A stretch of 64,000 nt of DNA from an uncultured Actinomycetota bacterium (GCA_963831615.1 CAWHQU010000010.1:27404-91403), one strand, 5' to 3'; shown: positions 18,647 to 30,149, numbered from the stretch's first letter. Translations and numbers: made by a program. The notes: generated from the letters alone by a model not told the origin.

Positions 18647-20730
18647 CTAGACCAGTACGGCCGGCAGCGGCTCCGCGTGCAGGACCGTCAGTCGCGACAC
18701 CGCCCGGGTGAGCGCCACGTACAGCCGGTTCAGCCCGCGCGCCTCGGCACTGGCGATTTGGGCCGGCTCGCAGACGATGACCTGGTCAAACTCCAGGCCC
18801 TTGGCGAGGCTCACCGGGACCAGGGAAATCAGCTCGCCATCCGCGACGCCGTCCAGGATCGCGTGCGGCAGGCCAGCCGCCGCAAGCACCGCGGCGAGCG
18901 AAGGGATCTGGACGTCGGCGGCAATCACGGCGGCCGAGCCGGGCAGGGCAAGCGCCTCGGTGCAGGCCGCCACTAGGGCACCGCCGAGCGCGCCTTCGTC
19001 AGCCACCTCCGTGACCAGCAGCGCACCCGGGTCCTGCCGCACTGACGAGGCCGGCCGCAGCTCCGGCGCGATCTGGCCGAGCAGCCGGCTGGCGAAGTCG
19101 AGAATCTGCCGCGGCACACGGTAACCGGTATCCAGCACCCGCAGATCAGCGTCAGGCTTGCCGAGATGACCGAGCATCTGTTCCCAGCTCGTCGTCGCCC
19201 AGGCCGTCGTGCCCTGCGCGATGTCGCCGAGCACGGTTGCCGAGCCGGTTGCGCACCGGCGGCCGATCGCCCGGCACTGCATCGGCGAGAGGTCCTGCGC
19301 CTCGTCGACCACGATGTGCGCCAGGCTCGGCGTCCGCTCGATCAGGTCGGCCATCTCATCGATCAGCACCGCGTCAGCCGCGCTCCAGCGCGCCGAGCCG
19401 GGCCCTCGCGGCGGGCTTGCCCAGCTGATCAGAGCCTGCTCGTCGGCATCGAGCAGTCCCAGAGCCGCCCGCTTCAGCAGGTCGGGGTCGGACAGCAGGC
19501 GGAACACCATGCGGACCGGGTCGGCCTTCGGCCAGACCTGCGCCACCGCATTCTGTACCTGCCTGGTCCGGCGCACCGACTCGTGCGTGCGGTCGTCACA
19601 GGTTTCGCCGGCCGCCTCCATCCGGGTGAGGATCACGTGCGCGATCCGGTGCGCGAGCATGTCGCGCCCGGTCCCGTAGCGCACTCCCCGTTCCCGCAGC
19701 TCAGCGGCAAGCTCACCGATCTCGCTGGCCGGCACCCGCCACCGGCGCGACCCGCGCGCCAGCATGATCGGCTCCGCGGGCTCGGCCAGCTGCTCCCACA
19801 GCGCGTTGGCGAGCACCTGGGCCATCCGCGCGTCGCCTTTGACCTGGGCCACCCGCTCTGAGTCGGAAGCCCGCACCGGCACCGCAGCGGTCAGGTCCGC
19901 GACCGAAAGCTGAGCCACGTCCAGCTCACCCAGGGCAGGAAGGACGTTGCGGATGTAGGCGAGGAACGCCTTGTTCGGCCCGACGACCAGTACGCCGCCC
20001 CGGCCTAGCCGCTGGGCGTGCGCGTACAGCAGGTAGGCCACCCGGTGCAGGCCGACAGCGGTCTTCCCGGTACCGGGTGCGCCCTGAACGCACACGGTCG
20101 CCTCGACGCCAGCCCGCACGATGTCGTCCTGGTCGGGCTGGATCGTCGCGACGATGTCGCGCATCGGCCCGGACCGAGGCCGCTCGATCTCGTCGATCAG
20201 GATCCGGCTGGTCGCCGACGGCTGCCTGCGGCACCGGCCCCGAACTGCTCGTCCTCGAACGCGGTGAGCTCGCCGCCCGAGAAACCGAACCGGCGGCGCA
20301 ACTCCAGGCCCATCGGCTCGGCCTGGCTGGCCCGGTAGAACGGCCGCGACACCGGCGCCCGCCAGTCGATCACGACGGGGGTGCCCTGGCTGTCATGCAC
20401 GTGCCGGCGGCCGACGTGGAAGTCCTCGCCGTCCGGCTGATCTTCCCGCGCCCGTACGTCTTCAGACTCGGTGTCGCGGGCCGCGAGCGCGCCAGGCAGG
20501 TAGTCGAGCCGGCCAAAGAACAGCGGCGTGTCCGGCAGGTCGCGCAGCGCCTCGGCCCGCCGGTACAGGTCGGCCTTGAGGTACTCCTCAGAGACCGGAT
20601 CGCCGCCCATGGCCCGCAGCGACAGCACGTCCGTGCGCATCAGCTCGAGGTAGCGGCGTGAGGAGCGCAGGTGTTCGCGCTCGGCGTCAAGTATTCGGTC
20701 CGCGGCGTCCGGGGAACTCGCCGACGGCAT
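18647..20730 (-). CDS. helD: HelD-type UvrD-like helicase (RNA polymerase-associated ATPase); reading frame broken near 20164-20235
   Basis: ORF 20197..20730 gives the N-terminal domain ending ...RRRFGFSGGELTAFEDEQF. A second frame continues TSRILIDEIERPRSGPMRDIVATIQPDQDDIVRA...VQGAPGTGKTAV (Walker A)...IVVDEAQDLSP...GLEFDQVIV. Together they make one full-length HelD. Confidence 0.8.
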
Positions 20731-20900
20731 GACTCATCACCCCCGTGCGAAGAGGAAGGAAAAGCAAAACCCGATTAACAACAGGAAACGGCGGTGGCAC
20801 AAGGGTTCGAGATCTTAGCACCCTCGCGGCGGCGGAGCAGCTGAATTTCCGGCCGGGGCCGACGCCGGCCAGCCCGCCTCGCGCCGCACAGGCCAGCAGA

Positions 20901-20945
20901 ACAGCACGGGTCAGAGCAGCACGGGTCAGAACAGCACTGACATGA
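20901..20945. repeat. 15-bp tandem triplication spanning the GNAT stop codon
   Basis: Minus strand reads GTGCTGTTCTGACCC GTGCTGCTCTGACCC GTGCTGTTCTGCTGG. The first copy carries the last codons and TGA. Confidence 0.7.
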
Positions 20946-21781
20946 AAGTCCCCGCCTGCGTGAAGCCGACGCGCCGGTAAGCGGCCCTGGCCGGGGTGTT
21001 GAAGTCGTTCACGTACAGCGTGACCACCGGCGCGAGCCGCAGCCCGGCCTCCACGACGGCGGCCATGCCGCGCACCGCGTGGCCGCGGCCGCGTTCATCG
21101 GGCGGCACCCACACTCCCTGCACCTGGCAGGCATGCGGTGTGACCGCGCCGACCTCGGCCTTGAAAATGACCTTGCCGTCGTCGATCCGTGCGAACGACC
21201 GGCCGGCGCCGATGAGGTCAGCCATCCGCGCCCGGTAGGCGGCGCCGCCGTCCGCGCCGATGGGCGAGACTCCGACCTCTTCGGTGAACATCGCGATACA
21301 GGCTGGCAGCAGCACGTCAAGCTGACGCGGGCGCACCATCTGGACCAGCGGATCAGGCTCGACCACAGACGGCCCGGAGATCGCCAGCACCGGCTGTACC
21401 GGCCGTACGTCGCGCGGGGAGTCCCAGCTCGGCGCGAGCATGCGACCACAGCTGGCTGACCGCTCGCGCCGGTCCGACGATCGACGAGCAGCGACGACCT
21501 TGCATCCGTGCTCTCGCCGCGAACGCCGCCACCGCGTCCGGGCCAGCTTCGACCGGCACGAGGTTGGCACCGGAATAACACATGGCGCTCAGTGCGCCGT
21601 TGTCGGTGTATCCCCACAGCTGCCCGCCAAGCCGCGCCGGATCCAGCCCGGTAGCCCGGATGCGCGCGCTAACGAAGACGTTGGCAACAGGGTCTCGATC
21701 GCAAAGGGCGAGTGCCTCATCGCGATCGTGATCAGTCAGCAGCCGCAGCGACGCCGAACGCCATGGCCTTGTGCGCAGCAC
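20926..21781 (-). CDS. GNAT N-acetyltransferase with N-terminal DUF4081-like domain; frame broken near 21438-21447
   Basis: ORF 21353..21781 (…IVGPARAVSQLWS) and ORF 20926..21570 (…MLAPSWDSPRDVRPVQPVLAI…VQGVWVPPDERGRGHAVRGMAAVV…YVNDFNTPARAAYRRVGF) are consecutive parts of one protein in frames offset by one base. Confidence 0.7.
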
Positions 21782-21867
21782 TCCTCCAGAGTAACGGCTT
21801 AGCGGTATCGCCGACGTCCGGGCGGCTTACGGCAGCGCGTGTCACTGACGGCACGGGCCAGCGGAAC

Positions 21868-23458
21868 CTAGGGGCCGGTATCGGTTGGCGCCGGCAGAGC
21901 CGGGCAGGTCGCGTCGACCAGGCCGGTGCTGCCGGGCAGCGACCCGTCCGCCAGGTACCGATTGAGGTAGCCGTTCACGCAGTTGTTCGGCGGGTAGCTC
22001 AGCGACTGCCCGTGGTTGCCGCCGCCTTGCACCACGACCAGGCGCGCGCTAGGGAGCAGCTTCCTGGCGACCAGGGCTCCGGCATAGGGCGTCGCCCCGT
22101 CCAGCGTGCCCTGCAGCATCAGGATGGGCGGCAGGGCCGAGCCGTCGATGTGCAGCGGCTTCGCCGGCCCCTTCACTGGCCAGAACGCGCATGCCGCGTT
22201 GAACCAGGTGTTGCCCCAGGTCTCGAACGGCGCCTTGGCGTAGACCTTCCTGGTGTCGGAGTTCCAGTAGGCCCAGCTCCGCGGCCAGTTCACGTCACTG
22301 CACTCCACCGCCGTGTACACGGCGAACTCATTCTCGCCCTGCTTGCCGACCTGCTGGTACAGCGGAATCAGCTCACCGCCAGACCCGGTGCGGACGTAAC
22401 TCGACAGCGCCGCAGCCAGGTACGGCCACCACTCGTTGCTGTAACCGCCGACCAGGAACGTGTCGCTGAGCTCGTCCGGCCCGATCAGCGGACCAGACTT
22501 GCCGGAGATCGGGTGGGCAGCTAGCCGGGCCATCACTGAGTTGAACGTTGTGTTGACCGCAGCCTCAGTGCCGCCGAGATGGTAAACCGAGCCATAGTGC
22601 GCCATCCAGGAGAAAAACGCCTTCATCCGGCCCTGGAAGGCGTAGTCCTGGAAGATGTTGTCGGCGTACCAGACCCCGTTCGGGTCCACCACGCTGTCGA
22701 GCACCATCCGGCGGACGTCGTGCGGGAACAGTGTCCCGTATACCTGACCCAGATAGGTTCCGTACGAGACGCCGTAGTAGCTGATCTGCCGCTGACCGAG
22801 TGCCGCCCGGATCGAGTCCATGTCCCTGGCCAGGTCTTCGGTGGTCATGTACGGCAGCATCCAGCCGATACCGCTGCTCGCAGGCGGCCGCGTACTGCTT
22901 TGCCCGGCTGACCAGTACCTGCTCGGCGGCCGCATTGGCGGGGTCGTAGTTCGGCCGGGGCCGTGAGAAGAAGCCCGGCTCGCAGCTCAGCGCTGGTTTG
23001 GAGGCTCCGACGCCGCGAGTGTCGAAGCCCACGATGTCGTATTCCTTCTCAACGCCGGGGGCGAGCCCCGCCGCCACGGTAGAGGCGAACGACAGCCCGC
23101 TGGCACCCGGGCCGCCCGGATTTACCAGCAGCACGCCCTGCTGCTGAGCAGCCGGGGCCGTCGCGGGGATCTCCGACAGCGCCAGGGTGATCTTCCGGCC
23201 GCTGGGATCAGCGTAGTTGAGCGGCACCTGCAAGCTGGCGCATCGCATCCTGGCCGGTGGCGGCCCGCCGACAGTGACGGCCGGGCAGGTGTGCCAGGCC
23301 AGGCGTGATGAACCGGTCGTGATCGGTGGCGCAACCGCCCCTGCACCACCGGCCGGCGAGCTGCTTGCCGGCGACGGCGCGGCCCCTGAGGACGTGCATC
23401 CGACAAGACCAGCCCCGGCCATTGCGGCAGCAAAGACCGCGGTGATAGCTCTGCCCAT
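21868..23458 (-). CDS. Secreted alpha/beta hydrolase (tripeptidyl aminopeptidase-like lipoprotein); frame broken near 22866-22872
   Basis: N-terminal ORF 22565..23458 (lipobox LVGCTS, VNPGGPGASG, ...AKQYAAACEQR). The C-terminal ORF 21868..22935 continues GIGWMLPYMTTEDLARDMDSIRAAL...YYGVSYGTYLG (nucleophile elbow GxSxG)...GGGNHGQS. Confidence 0.7.
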
Positions 23459-23572
23459 AGCGCCATCCTGCCCAGCCAGGCGCGCCGCGATCCGCGCCGT
23501 CGCGAGCCACTAATCCGTGACGGCCGGCCCGCCAACCCGGTGCCAGCACCGGCGTGGCAGCTCAGCGAGCAG

Positions 23573-24709
23573 CTAGCTCTCCGCTGGCTCCGTCTCGGCC
23601 GCCAGCTTCATCGCCTCTTCGATGAGGGTCTCGACGATCAGCGCCTCGGGCACCGTCTTGATGACCTCTCCGCGCACGAAGATCTGGCCCTTGCCGTTGC
23701 CGGACGCTACGCCGAGGTCAGCCTCCCTTGCCTCGCCCGGCCCGTTCACGACGCATCCCATGACGGCGACTCGCAGCGGTACCTCCAGCCCGTCCAGGGC
23801 AGCAGTCACCTCGTCAGCCAGCTTGTAGACGTCTACCTGGGCCCGGCCGCAGGACGGGCAGGAGACGATCTCCAGGCCCCGCTGGCGCAGGCCGAGTGAC
23901 TCCAGGATCGCGATGCCGACCTTGACCTCCTCGACCGGCGGCGCCGACAGCGACACCCTGATGGTGTCGCCGATGCCCTCAGCCAGCAGCGCGCCGAAAG
24001 CAACCGCCGACTTGACGGTGCCCTGGAAGGCGGGGCCGGCTTCGGTGACGCCCAGGTGGAGCGGGTAATCGCAGCGCTCGGCGAGCAGCCGGTAGGCATT
24101 GATCATGACCACCGGGTCGTGGTGCTTGACCGAGATCTTGATGTCGTTGAAGCCGTGCTCTTCGAACAGCGAGCACTCCCACAGCGCGGATTCCACCAGC
24201 GCCTCAGGCGTTGCCTTGCCGTGCTTGGCCAGCAGCCGCTTGTCCAGCGAGCCCGCGTTGACGCCGATCCTGATGGGCACTCCCGCAGCCAGCGCGGCCT
24301 TCGCTATCTCGCCGACTTTGTCGTCGAATGCCTTGATGTTGCCGGGGTTGACCCGGACCGCGGCACAGCCCGCGTCGATCGCGGCGAAGACGTACTTCGG
24401 CTGGAAGTGGATGTCCGCGATCACCGGGATCTGAGACTTGCGGGCGATCTCCGGCAGCGCGTCCGCGTCGTCCTGAGACGGCACGGCCACCCGGACGATC
24501 TGGCAACCGGCCGCGGTCAGCTCGGCGATCTGCTGCAGGGTGGCGTTGACGTTCGCGGTCAGCGTCGTGGTCATCGACTGCACCGACACCGGAGCGCCGC
24601 CGCCGACCGGAACCGCGTGCTTGCCGCGGCCCACCATGATCTGGCGCGACGACCGGCGTTCCGCCAGCGGCGCCGGCGGAAGCTGAGGGATGCCTAGGTC
24701 TACTGTCAT
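23573..24709 (-). CDS. ispG: 4-hydroxy-3-methylbut-2-en-1-yl diphosphate synthase (flavodoxin) IspG/GcpE
   Basis: [39 protein letters not shown] and [12 protein letters not shown] motifs. ATG at 24707-24709 (MTVDLG); alternative GTG at 24727. Confidence 0.95.
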   Translation of the reverse strand: MTVDLGIPQLPPAPLAERRSSRQIMVGRGKHAVPVGGGAPVSVQSMTTTLTANVNATLQQIAELTAAGCQIVRVAVPSQDDADALPEIARKSQIPVIADIHFQPKYVFAAIDAGCAAVRVNPGNIKAFDDKVGEIAKAALAAGVPIRIGVNAGSLDKRLLAKHGKATPEALVESALWECSLFEEHGFNDIKISVKHHDPVVMINAYRLLAERCDYPLHLGVTEAGPAFQGTVKSAVAFGALLAEGIGDTIRVSLSAPPVEEVKVGIAILESLGLRQRGLEIVSCPSCGRAQVDVYKLADEVTAALDGLEVPLRVAVMGCVVNGPGEAREADLGVASGNGKGQIFVRGEVIKTVPEALIVETLIEEAMKLAAETEPAES

Positions 24710-24723
24710 GACTCGATTTCGCC

Positions 24724-26088
24724 TCACACCTGAAGGTGAACGGGATTGAAGATATCGGCAGCTATGAGCAGCGTGCCGAGGCCAACCAGCAGAGCAAAGA
24801 CCAGCAAGCTCAGTGGCACTAGCCGCTGGATGTCTACCAGGCCAGGGTCTGGCCGGCCGAGAAGACGGTTAAACCACGCCCGGATGCGCTCGAAGATCAC
24901 CACAGCCAGGTGACCACCGTCCAGCGGGAGCAGCGGCAGGAGGTTGAACGCCCCGATGAAGATGTTGAGTGAGGCGATGATGGACAGCAGCACGAAGACC
25001 TTGGCCTGCCAGGGCAGCGCCGCCTGGACGACGTCACCGGTTACCTCGCCGACGCCCACGACGCTGCTGACCTGACCGGCAGCGGTGGAGGACCGGTCCT
25101 TGGAGAACAGGCCGGGGATCGCCGAGGGCAGTTTGGCGATGGCCGAGGCGGACGACGTCAGCGTGTCCGCGAACTGGTCACCTGCGAAGCCCCAGGCGCC
25201 GAGGAAGCTGCTTCGCTGGTACTCCACCACCGGCTCCACGCCGAGGTAGGCATATTTGTCTTTGGGGATGGCCGCAAGCGCGATGCTGAGGCGCACGTTA
25301 CGGCCGTTCCGCTCGACCACGACCGGGACGGCGACACCGGTCTTCTGCCCCTTGAGGGCGGTACGCAACTGATTCCAGTTTCCTACGGGTTTGCCCGCTA
25401 CCGAGACGATCTTGTCTCCTGCCTTCAGGGCTGCCCGCTGCGCAGGCGCCTTGCCCAGGTTGTGCCCGGCACACGGGTTCTTGCTGGCCAGCGCATGCGC
25501 GCTGGCCGGCACACAGCCCGCGATGGAACTGACCACGTTCGTTTCGGCCAGCTGCCCGACGGCGAACGCGAGCACGAAGAACAGGAACAAGGCCAGCACG
25601 AAGTGCATGAACGACCCAGCCGCCAGGACGATGATGCGCTGCCAGCCTGGCTGGTTGCGGAACGAGCGGGGCTCGTCAGCGACGTCCACTTCCTCGATGG
25701 ACGTCATTCCGGTGATCTTTACGAAGCCGCCCAGGGGCAGCGCCTTCACCCCGTACTCGGTCTCGCCACGGAAGGTGGACCATAGCGTCCGGCCGAAGCC
25801 GATGAAGAACTGCGTGACCCGCATGCCGAACTTCTTCGCGGTGGCGAAGTGGCCGAGCTCGTGCAGCATGACCGAGGTGAACAGGGCCACCACGAAGATC
25901 AGGACGCCGAACAGGAAGGCCAGGTGCTGGCGCTCGACGACGATCAGGGCCACGACAAGAATGAGGACCAGGATCCAGATCCGGAGCTGGGCGAGCGAGC
26001 CAGTGGTCCGCCTGCCCTGGCCGTGTCTTCCGCTCTTGCCGCTCTGGCCGGCGGGATCGGTGGGATCGGCCGGGCCTGTCGGACCCAT
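24724..26088 (-). CDS. M50 site-2 zinc metalloprotease (RseP/Rip1-like) with PDZ domain
   Basis: [24 protein letters not shown] (HExxH), PDZ-like [16 protein letters not shown]-terminal [15 protein letters not shown] at 26086-26088 overlaps the dxr stop by 1 nt. Confidence 0.9.
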   Translation of the reverse strand: MGPTGPADPTDPAGQSGKSGRHGQGRRTTGSLAQLRIWILVLILVVALIVVERQHLAFLFGVLIFVVALFTSVMLHELGHFATAKKFGMRVTQFFIGFGRTLWSTFRGETEYGVKALPLGGFVKITGMTSIEEVDVADEPRSFRNQPGWQRIIVLAAGSFMHFVLALFLFFVLAFAVGQLAETNVVSSIAGCVPASAHALASKNPCAGHNLGKAPAQRAALKAGDKIVSVAGKPVGNWNQLRTALKGQKTGVAVPVVVERNGRNVRLSIALAAIPKDKYAYLGVEPVVEYQRSSFLGAWGFAGDQFADTLTSSASAIAKLPSAIPGLFSKDRSSTAAGQVSSVVGVGEVTGDVVQAALPWQAKVFVLLSIIASLNIFIGAFNLLPLLPLDGGHLAVVIFERIRAWFNRLLGRPDPGLVDIQRLVPLSLLVFALLVGLGTLLIAADIFNPVHLQV

Positions 26089-27323
26089 CAGGCGCCGCCT
26101 CCCTTCCCTGTCAGCTCTCGCGCGCGGTCCCTGGCCCAGCCATCGGCGCCGAGCACGTCGGCCAGCGTCACGGCAGCTCCTGCTGGGTCGTGATGCTCTG
26201 AGACTACCTGGGCCACCGTATCCACGATTCCGGCGAACGGGATCTGCCCGGTCAGGAACGCATCGACGCATACCTCGTTGGCCGCGTTATAGACCGCGGG
26301 CATCGTCCCGCCGGCTGCGCCTACCTGCCTGGCAAGTGGCACGGCCGGAAACGCCCCTTCGTCCAGGGGCTCGAAGGTCCAGGTATGCGCGGTGGTCCAG
26401 TCCACCGGGGGGGCCGCGTCCGGCACCCGGTCGGGCCAGCCCAGCGCCAGTGCGATCGGGATACGCATATCCGGCGGGCTGGCCTGGGCGAGTGTGGACC
26501 CGTCGGTGAACTCCACCATCGAGTGGATCACCGACTGCCGGTGCACTACCACGTCGATCCGGTCGAATCCGATCCCGAACAGCAGGTGTGCCTCGATCAG
26601 CTCTAGCCCCTTGTTCACCAGCGTGGCGCTGTTTACCGTGATCACCGGCCCCATGTTCCAGGTTGGATGCGCGAGCGCCTCCGCGGGCGTCACGTCAGCC
26701 AGCTCAGCGCGGCTGCGGTGCAGGAACGGCCCGCCGCTCGCGGTCACGATCAGCTTGGCGACCTCAGCTGAGCGACCGCCGCGCAGGCACTGAGCGATCG
26801 CTGAATGCTCGGAGTCGACCGGGACGATCTGGCCGGGCGCGGCAGCGCCCGCGACCAGCGGGCCGCCCATGATCAGCGACTCCTTGTTGGCCAGCGCCAG
26901 CATGCGGCCAGCTGACAGGGCGGCCAGCGTGGCCGCAAGGCCGACTGCGCCGGTGACCGCGTTCAGCACTACGTCACACGGCCGGGCGGCAAGCTCGGCC
27001 ACGGCGTCCGGGCCAGCCTGGAGGTCCGGAAGCTTGCGCCGGGCTCCGTCGGCCGATCCGATGGCGGCCAGCGCTGCGCGCAGTTCAGGCACCGCTGCGG
27101 GGGTGGCAACCGCCACTATCTCCGCACCGAGCTCGATCGCCTGCCTGGCCAGCAAGCCCGGATTCGATCCTCCGGACGCGATCCCGGTCAGCCTGAATCG
27201 GTCAGAGTTACGGGTGATGATGTCGGCGGCCTGAGTCCCGATCGAGCCCGTCGACCCGAGCAGGATGATGTCCCGGCGCTGGCCGGTGCTAGCGGATTCC
27301 ACCCGGTCATTCTTCACCAGCAC
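26088..27323 (-). CDS. dxr: 1-deoxy-D-xylulose 5-phosphate reductoisomerase
   Basis: [16 protein letters not shown] (NADPH site), [22 protein letters not shown]. Start uncertain (GTG 27323, 27317 or 27302, or ATG 27377). Codon third positions look non-coding upstream of about 27330. Confidence 0.9.
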   Translation of the reverse strand: MLVKNDRVESASTGQRRDIILLGSTGSIGTQAADIITRNSDRFRLTGIASGGSNPGLLARQAIELGAEIVAVATPAAVPELRAALAAIGSADGARRKLPDLQAGPDAVAELAARPCDVVLNAVTGAVGLAATLAALSAGRMLALANKESLIMGGPLVAGAAAPGQIVPVDSEHSAIAQCLRGGRSAEVAKLIVTASGGPFLHRSRAELADVTPAEALAHPTWNMGPVITVNSATLVNKGLELIEAHLLFGIGFDRIDVVVHRQSVIHSMVEFTDGSTLAQASPPDMRIPIALALGWPDRVPDAAPPVDWTTAHTWTFEPLDEGAFPAVPLARQVGAAGGTMPAVYNAANEVCVDAFLTGQIPFAGIVDTVAQVVSEHHDPAGAAVTLADVLGADGWARDRARELTGKGGGA

Positions 27324-27393
27324 CCCGGCGCCGCACCCGGTGAGTCGGTCTGCAGCCGTCGGATATCGGGCAGCCATCGATTCTGCGCATGCG

Positions 27394-28777
27394 GTGAGTA
27401 TCGGGCAGTCGCAGCCAGTGAGTAGCGTTGCTCCCGTGCGCTCCCCCGTCGTCACTCTCAGCAGCCCCGCGTCTCAGCAGCCCGACTGGCCCGATCCGGC
27501 AAGGGTCGAGGCAGTCGCTGCAGAGTTGGCCGGGCTGCCGCCGCTGGTGTTCGCTGGCGAGTGCGATCAGCTGAAGGAACGGCTAGCAGCGGTCAGCCGC
27601 GGCGAGGCGTTCGTCCTGCAGGGCGGAGACTGCGCCGAGACGTTCGCGGGCGCCAACGCCGACGCCGTCCGCGCCAAACTGCAGACGATCCTGCAGATGG
27701 CCGTCGTGCTGACGTACGGCGCCAGCGTCCCGGTGGTGAAGATCGGCAGGCTGGCTGGCCAGTTCGCGAAGCCCAGGTCGCGGCCGACCGAGGTCAGGGA
27801 CGGTGTCGAGCTGCCGGCCTACCGGGGTGACGCCATCAACGGATTCGACTTCACCCCGCAGGCGCGGGCGTACGATCCCGACCGGATGCTCCGGGCCTAC
27901 CACTGTGCGGCTGTGACGCTCAACCTGTGCCGGGCATTCACCACCGGCGGGTACGCGGACCTGCATCAGGTACACGCCTGGAACCGGGATTTCGTCCGCA
28001 ATAGCCCGTCCGGCCAGCGCTACGAACGCCTAGCCGGGGAGATCGACCGGGCGCTGTCGTTCATGCGGGCCTGCGGCGCGGACGCTGACGAGCTGCGCTC
28101 GGTCGAGTTCTACTCCAGCCACGAAGCCCTGCTGCTGCCCTATGAGCAGGCACTGACCCGGATCGACTCGCGCACCGGCCTGCCATACGACGTCTCGGCA
28201 CACTTCCTCTGGATCGGCGAGCGGACCAGGGCGCTGGAGGGCGCGCATGTGGAGTTCGCGGCCAGCATCAGGAATCCGGTCGGGGTGAAAATCGGCCCGG
28301 ACGCCACGCCGGACGGTATCCGCGCGCTGATCCGCCGGCTCAGCCCGGATGGCGAGCCCGGCCGGGCTCACGCTCATCACCAGGCTCGGCGCCGGCCAGA
28401 TCCGCACGCTGCTGCCGCCGCTGATCAAAGCGGTCCAGGAAGACGACATCCCGGTCGCCTGGATCTGTGACCCGATGCACGGCAACACCTTCGAGGCGCC
28501 GAGCGGCCACAAGACGCGGCGGCTGGAGGACGTGCTCGACGAGGTACAGGGCTTCTTCGAGGTACACCGCAGCGCGGGTACCCATCCCGGCGGCGTCCAC
28601 ATTGAGTTCACCGGAGACAACGTGACCGAGTGTGTCGGCGGCAGCCACGGGATCAACGCGGCGGACCTGCACCAGCGTTACGAGACGGCGTGCGACCCCC
28701 GGCTCAACCGCGGCCAGGCGCTGGATCTCGCGTTTACCGTCGCCGACTACTACCGGTCACTTCCGACGACGCAATAG
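27394..28777 (+). CDS. Class II 3-deoxy-7-phosphoheptulonate (DAHP) synthase; frame broken at the GGG run 28364-28366
   Basis: QQPDWPD...[34 protein letters not shown]...IGERTR... in ORF 27265..28470, then [24 protein letters not shown]...[10 protein letters not shown]...ETACDPRLN in ORF 28349..28777. Start uncertain (GTG 27394, 27418 or 27436). Confidence 0.85.
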
Positions 28778-28812
28778 CTGGCTCCGCAACGGGACCACCA
28801 GCCAGGCCGACT

Positions 28813-30108
28813 TCAGCTGGTAGCCGGATAGGTCTCCGGGAAGTCCCTGGCCGGCTCCCAGTCCGGACGCAGCGGCATGCCCGCTTCACCGTCGGCGCCG
28901 AGCTTGACCCCCAGCATCTGGTGCAACTGGATCTGGTTGCGCTCGAAGCCAAGCCGCGAGCCCGCCATGTACAGCCGCCAGACGCGCGCCGTTCCCTCGC
29001 CTACTTCGGCGACCGCCTCGTCCCAGTGCTCGTCGAGGTTCGCGCACCAGCCGGCCAGCGTCCTGGCGTAGTGCTCGCGCAGGTTCTCGGTGTGCCGGAC
29101 CTCGAAACCGTTATCGTGCATCAGCGACATCAGGAAGCCGGGACCCTCGAGCTCGCCGTCAGGGAACACGTAGCGGTAGATGAACCCGTCAGTGACCCGC
29201 GCCGGGCCGGTGTTGTCCGGCCGCGTAATGCAGTGGTTGAGCAGCCGGCCTTGCGGCACCAGCTTGCCGGACAGGAACCGGAAGTACCCGGGCAGCTGAG
29301 CTTTGCCGATGTGCTCGGACAGACCGATCGAGCTGACCGCGTCGAAGCCAGTCTCGGGCACGTCGCGGTAGTCCAGGTGGCGAACCTCGGCCAGGTCCGA
29401 GAGGCCACGTTCCTTGATCGCCTGCTGCGCCCAGGAGGCCTGCTCGGCGGACAGCGTGACGCCGAGGGCCTTGACGCCGTAGTGCTGCGCGGCGTGCATG
29501 ACCATGCCGCCCCAGCCGCAGCCGACATCCAGCAAGCGCATGCCGGACTTGAGCGCCAGCTTGCGGGCCACTAGGTCGAACTTGGTTGCCTGGGCCTGCT
29601 CTAGGGTGGCGCCGTCGGACGGGTAGCACGCGCAGGTGTACGCCATGGACGGCCCGAGCACCCACTCGTAAAAGGTGTTGGAAACGTCGTAGTGATGCGA
29701 GATCGCCGTCGCGTCGCGCCCCTTGGAATGCCGACGGCCGGACAGCCACCGGCTGTTGACCCGCACCTCCTGCGGTGGCGGCGGGACTCGCCGGAACAGC
29801 ACCTTAGGCCCGCCGAGACTGGCTAGCAGCCTGAGCTTCTCCCGCAGGCTGGCATCCAGTTCCTGCGCGTGCGCCATCCTGGACAGCGCTGTGTACATGT
29901 CACCGACGACATCCAGGTGAGCGGACACGTATGCGCGCGCTAGACCGAGCGCGCCCGGCGCCTGCGCCAGATAGGCCACCGCCGTCGGTGATTTAACGGA
30001 GATCTTGATCGGTGCATCGCTGCTGCCAGCTGAACTCCCGTCGTAAGCCTCGAAACCGACTGGGGCATCCGGGCCCGCGACCCGCTCGAATACCTCGGCC
30101 AGAGCCAT
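28813..30108 (-). CDS. cfa: Cyclopropane-fatty-acyl-phospholipid synthase family SAM-dependent methyltransferase
   Basis: HYDVSNTFYEWVLGPSMAYTCAYF-like block and SAM motif LLDVGCGWGGMVMHAA. ATG at 30106-30108 (MALAEV) preceded by AGGAAAAGAGG. Confidence 0.85.
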   Translation of the reverse strand: MALAEVFERVAGPDAPVGFEAYDGSSAGSSDAPIKISVKSPTAVAYLAQAPGALGLARAYVSAHLDVVGDMYTALSRMAHAQELDASLREKLRLLASLGGPKVLFRRVPPPPQEVRVNSRWLSGRRHSKGRDATAISHHYDVSNTFYEWVLGPSMAYTCACYPSDGATLEQAQATKFDLVARKLALKSGMRLLDVGCGWGGMVMHAAQHYGVKALGVTLSAEQASWAQQAIKERGLSDLAEVRHLDYRDVPETGFDAVSSIGLSEHIGKAQLPGYFRFLSGKLVPQGRLLNHCITRPDNTGPARVTDGFIYRYVFPDGELEGPGFLMSLMHDNGFEVRHTENLREHYARTLAGWCANLDEHWDEAVAEVGEGTARVWRLYMAGSRLGFERNQIQLHQMLGVKLGADGEAGMPLRPDWEPARDFPETYPATS

Positions 30109-30149
30109 CTGCGACCTCTTTTCCTCGTTCCCTACATCTTTCCCGGCGC

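Noticed and set aside
20731-20925. Rifamycin-associated element (RAE) upstream of helD
   Set aside because: I looked for a conserved inverted repeat. Only a weak GGCCGG…CCGGCC imperfect palindrome is present, and I cannot recall the RAE consensus reliably enough to claim a match. This needs a motif scan.
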